Below, piece after piece: positions 62,996 to 64,000 of a stretch of DNA of 64,000 nucleotides. Origin of the DNA: Botryllus schlosseri (lineage: Eukaryota). A model generated the notes under the pieces. That model was not told where the DNA came from, did not search any database, and saw only the letters and a program-made list of their open reading frames with translations. Position 1 is the stretch's first letter. Every line of letters starts with the position of its first letter. The position numbers and the translations under genes were made by a program. The DNA lies in contig CM119371.1 of the NCBI GenBank assembly GCA_051294905.1, positions 30,754,001-30,818,000 on the forward strand, written 5' to 3'.

Positions 62996-63668
62996 CAGGG
63001 CCGGACAACCCGTGGCCCGCGAGGTAATTTCCGAACTTGGTAATGTTATAAAAAAAAATGAATTCCACAGATTGTGAACTTGCAAGGCCAACCAAATATT
63101 TGATTAGTCTCGCCGCAACACTTGAGATGTGATGACTAAAATATCAGTTACGACGCATTGGCATTTCCATGAGCCGCACTTTGGTAGATCTTCGTACACT
63201 ACAAAGCAGAATAATTTGCGATAAATTTATGAAAAGTAAATATTTTCTACACGCTTCGCGCAACATGTGGTCATTCGATTTCTTGCTTTTAATATTGTTA
63301 CCCCTTTTTGAAAATGAATGAACGTCTAATGTATCAGATTGAGTCTAACTATATTCTCGATTACGAGACAAAGTGTCGTTCAACATATGCGACCTAGCGT
63401 TTGCGCTCGCAGAAAGACCGTCGACTATGAAACCTAGGCACAAAATAATTGATGCATGTGGGTCGAAGCTTTCGAAATTGATATGTCCAGGCGCTGAATA
63501 GTCCAGTCCTGGCAAACTGAGCCCAGCGATATACTGCAGGCCCGCAATATAGTCAAGTGACAATATTATTGAGCTATGAACTTCGAAAACTTTTCGCGCG
63601 GCTAGTGGCCCGCGCAATATTTCGGCGTTCGAATGTGGCCCTTTGGCTGAAAAGGTTGGTCAGCCCTG
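62996..63668. mobile_element. hAT MITE
   Basis: TIR CAGGGCCGGACAACC / GGTTGGTCAGCCCTG; perfect TSD CACTAGTG. Confidence 0.92.
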
Positions 63669-64000
63669 CACTAGTGCGACCACAGATATTGTAATTATAT
63701 TTTTGTGAAACTATTGTCTTCACCATGTAACTTGCATGTATCAGTTCCGTTTTGGCGTTTGTGCTTCTGTTTTTGGTAATTTTTTCATAGAACTCGGAAC
63801 GCAATATGCATTTTTTCCGCACTCCATATTTGCAGTGTTGAGGGATTATTTATGGAAGTATTTCTTACGGAAATTTCAAACGTTGCATTGCATCAAACAA
63901 GCACTGTTCAATCTATGCAGAATTGCTGGGCGGTCTGCATGTTTGACAGCCCTGATGTAATGGAATTTGGCTTCTTGCCAACATGGGTAGTCGAAGTAAA

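Overview
Eukaryotic (animal-type) genomic DNA with two parts. (1) 757-48335 is a head-to-tail, all + strand array of about 100 tRNA-Pro units (72-bp gene plus ~100-bp spacer, ~171-bp period; hand count). AGG, CGG and TGG isoacceptors are interleaved; at least 14 copies are canonical and many are degenerate. 22 units are interrupted by non-autonomous hAT DNA transposons with TIRs and 8-bp TSDs, several carrying Buster/Charlie/SPIN-type transposase remnants. They fall into about 11 distinguishable families, and all sit at the same 8-bp target, GTCTAGGG (tRNA nt 10-17, inside the Pol III A box). Duplicated blocks show the same unit empty, filled, or filled by a different element. Six other units carry hAT-type excision footprints at that site. 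The element's terminal TG plus the TSD rebuilds the A box on the downstream half-gene. Some insertions are nested up to four levels deep. (2) 48336-64000 is ordinary repeat-rich sequence with more hAT MITEs and one intronless BTB/POZ gene with three BACK-like repeats (52644-54182, minus). No intact transposase is present. Coordinates were read by eye and may be off by a few bases.
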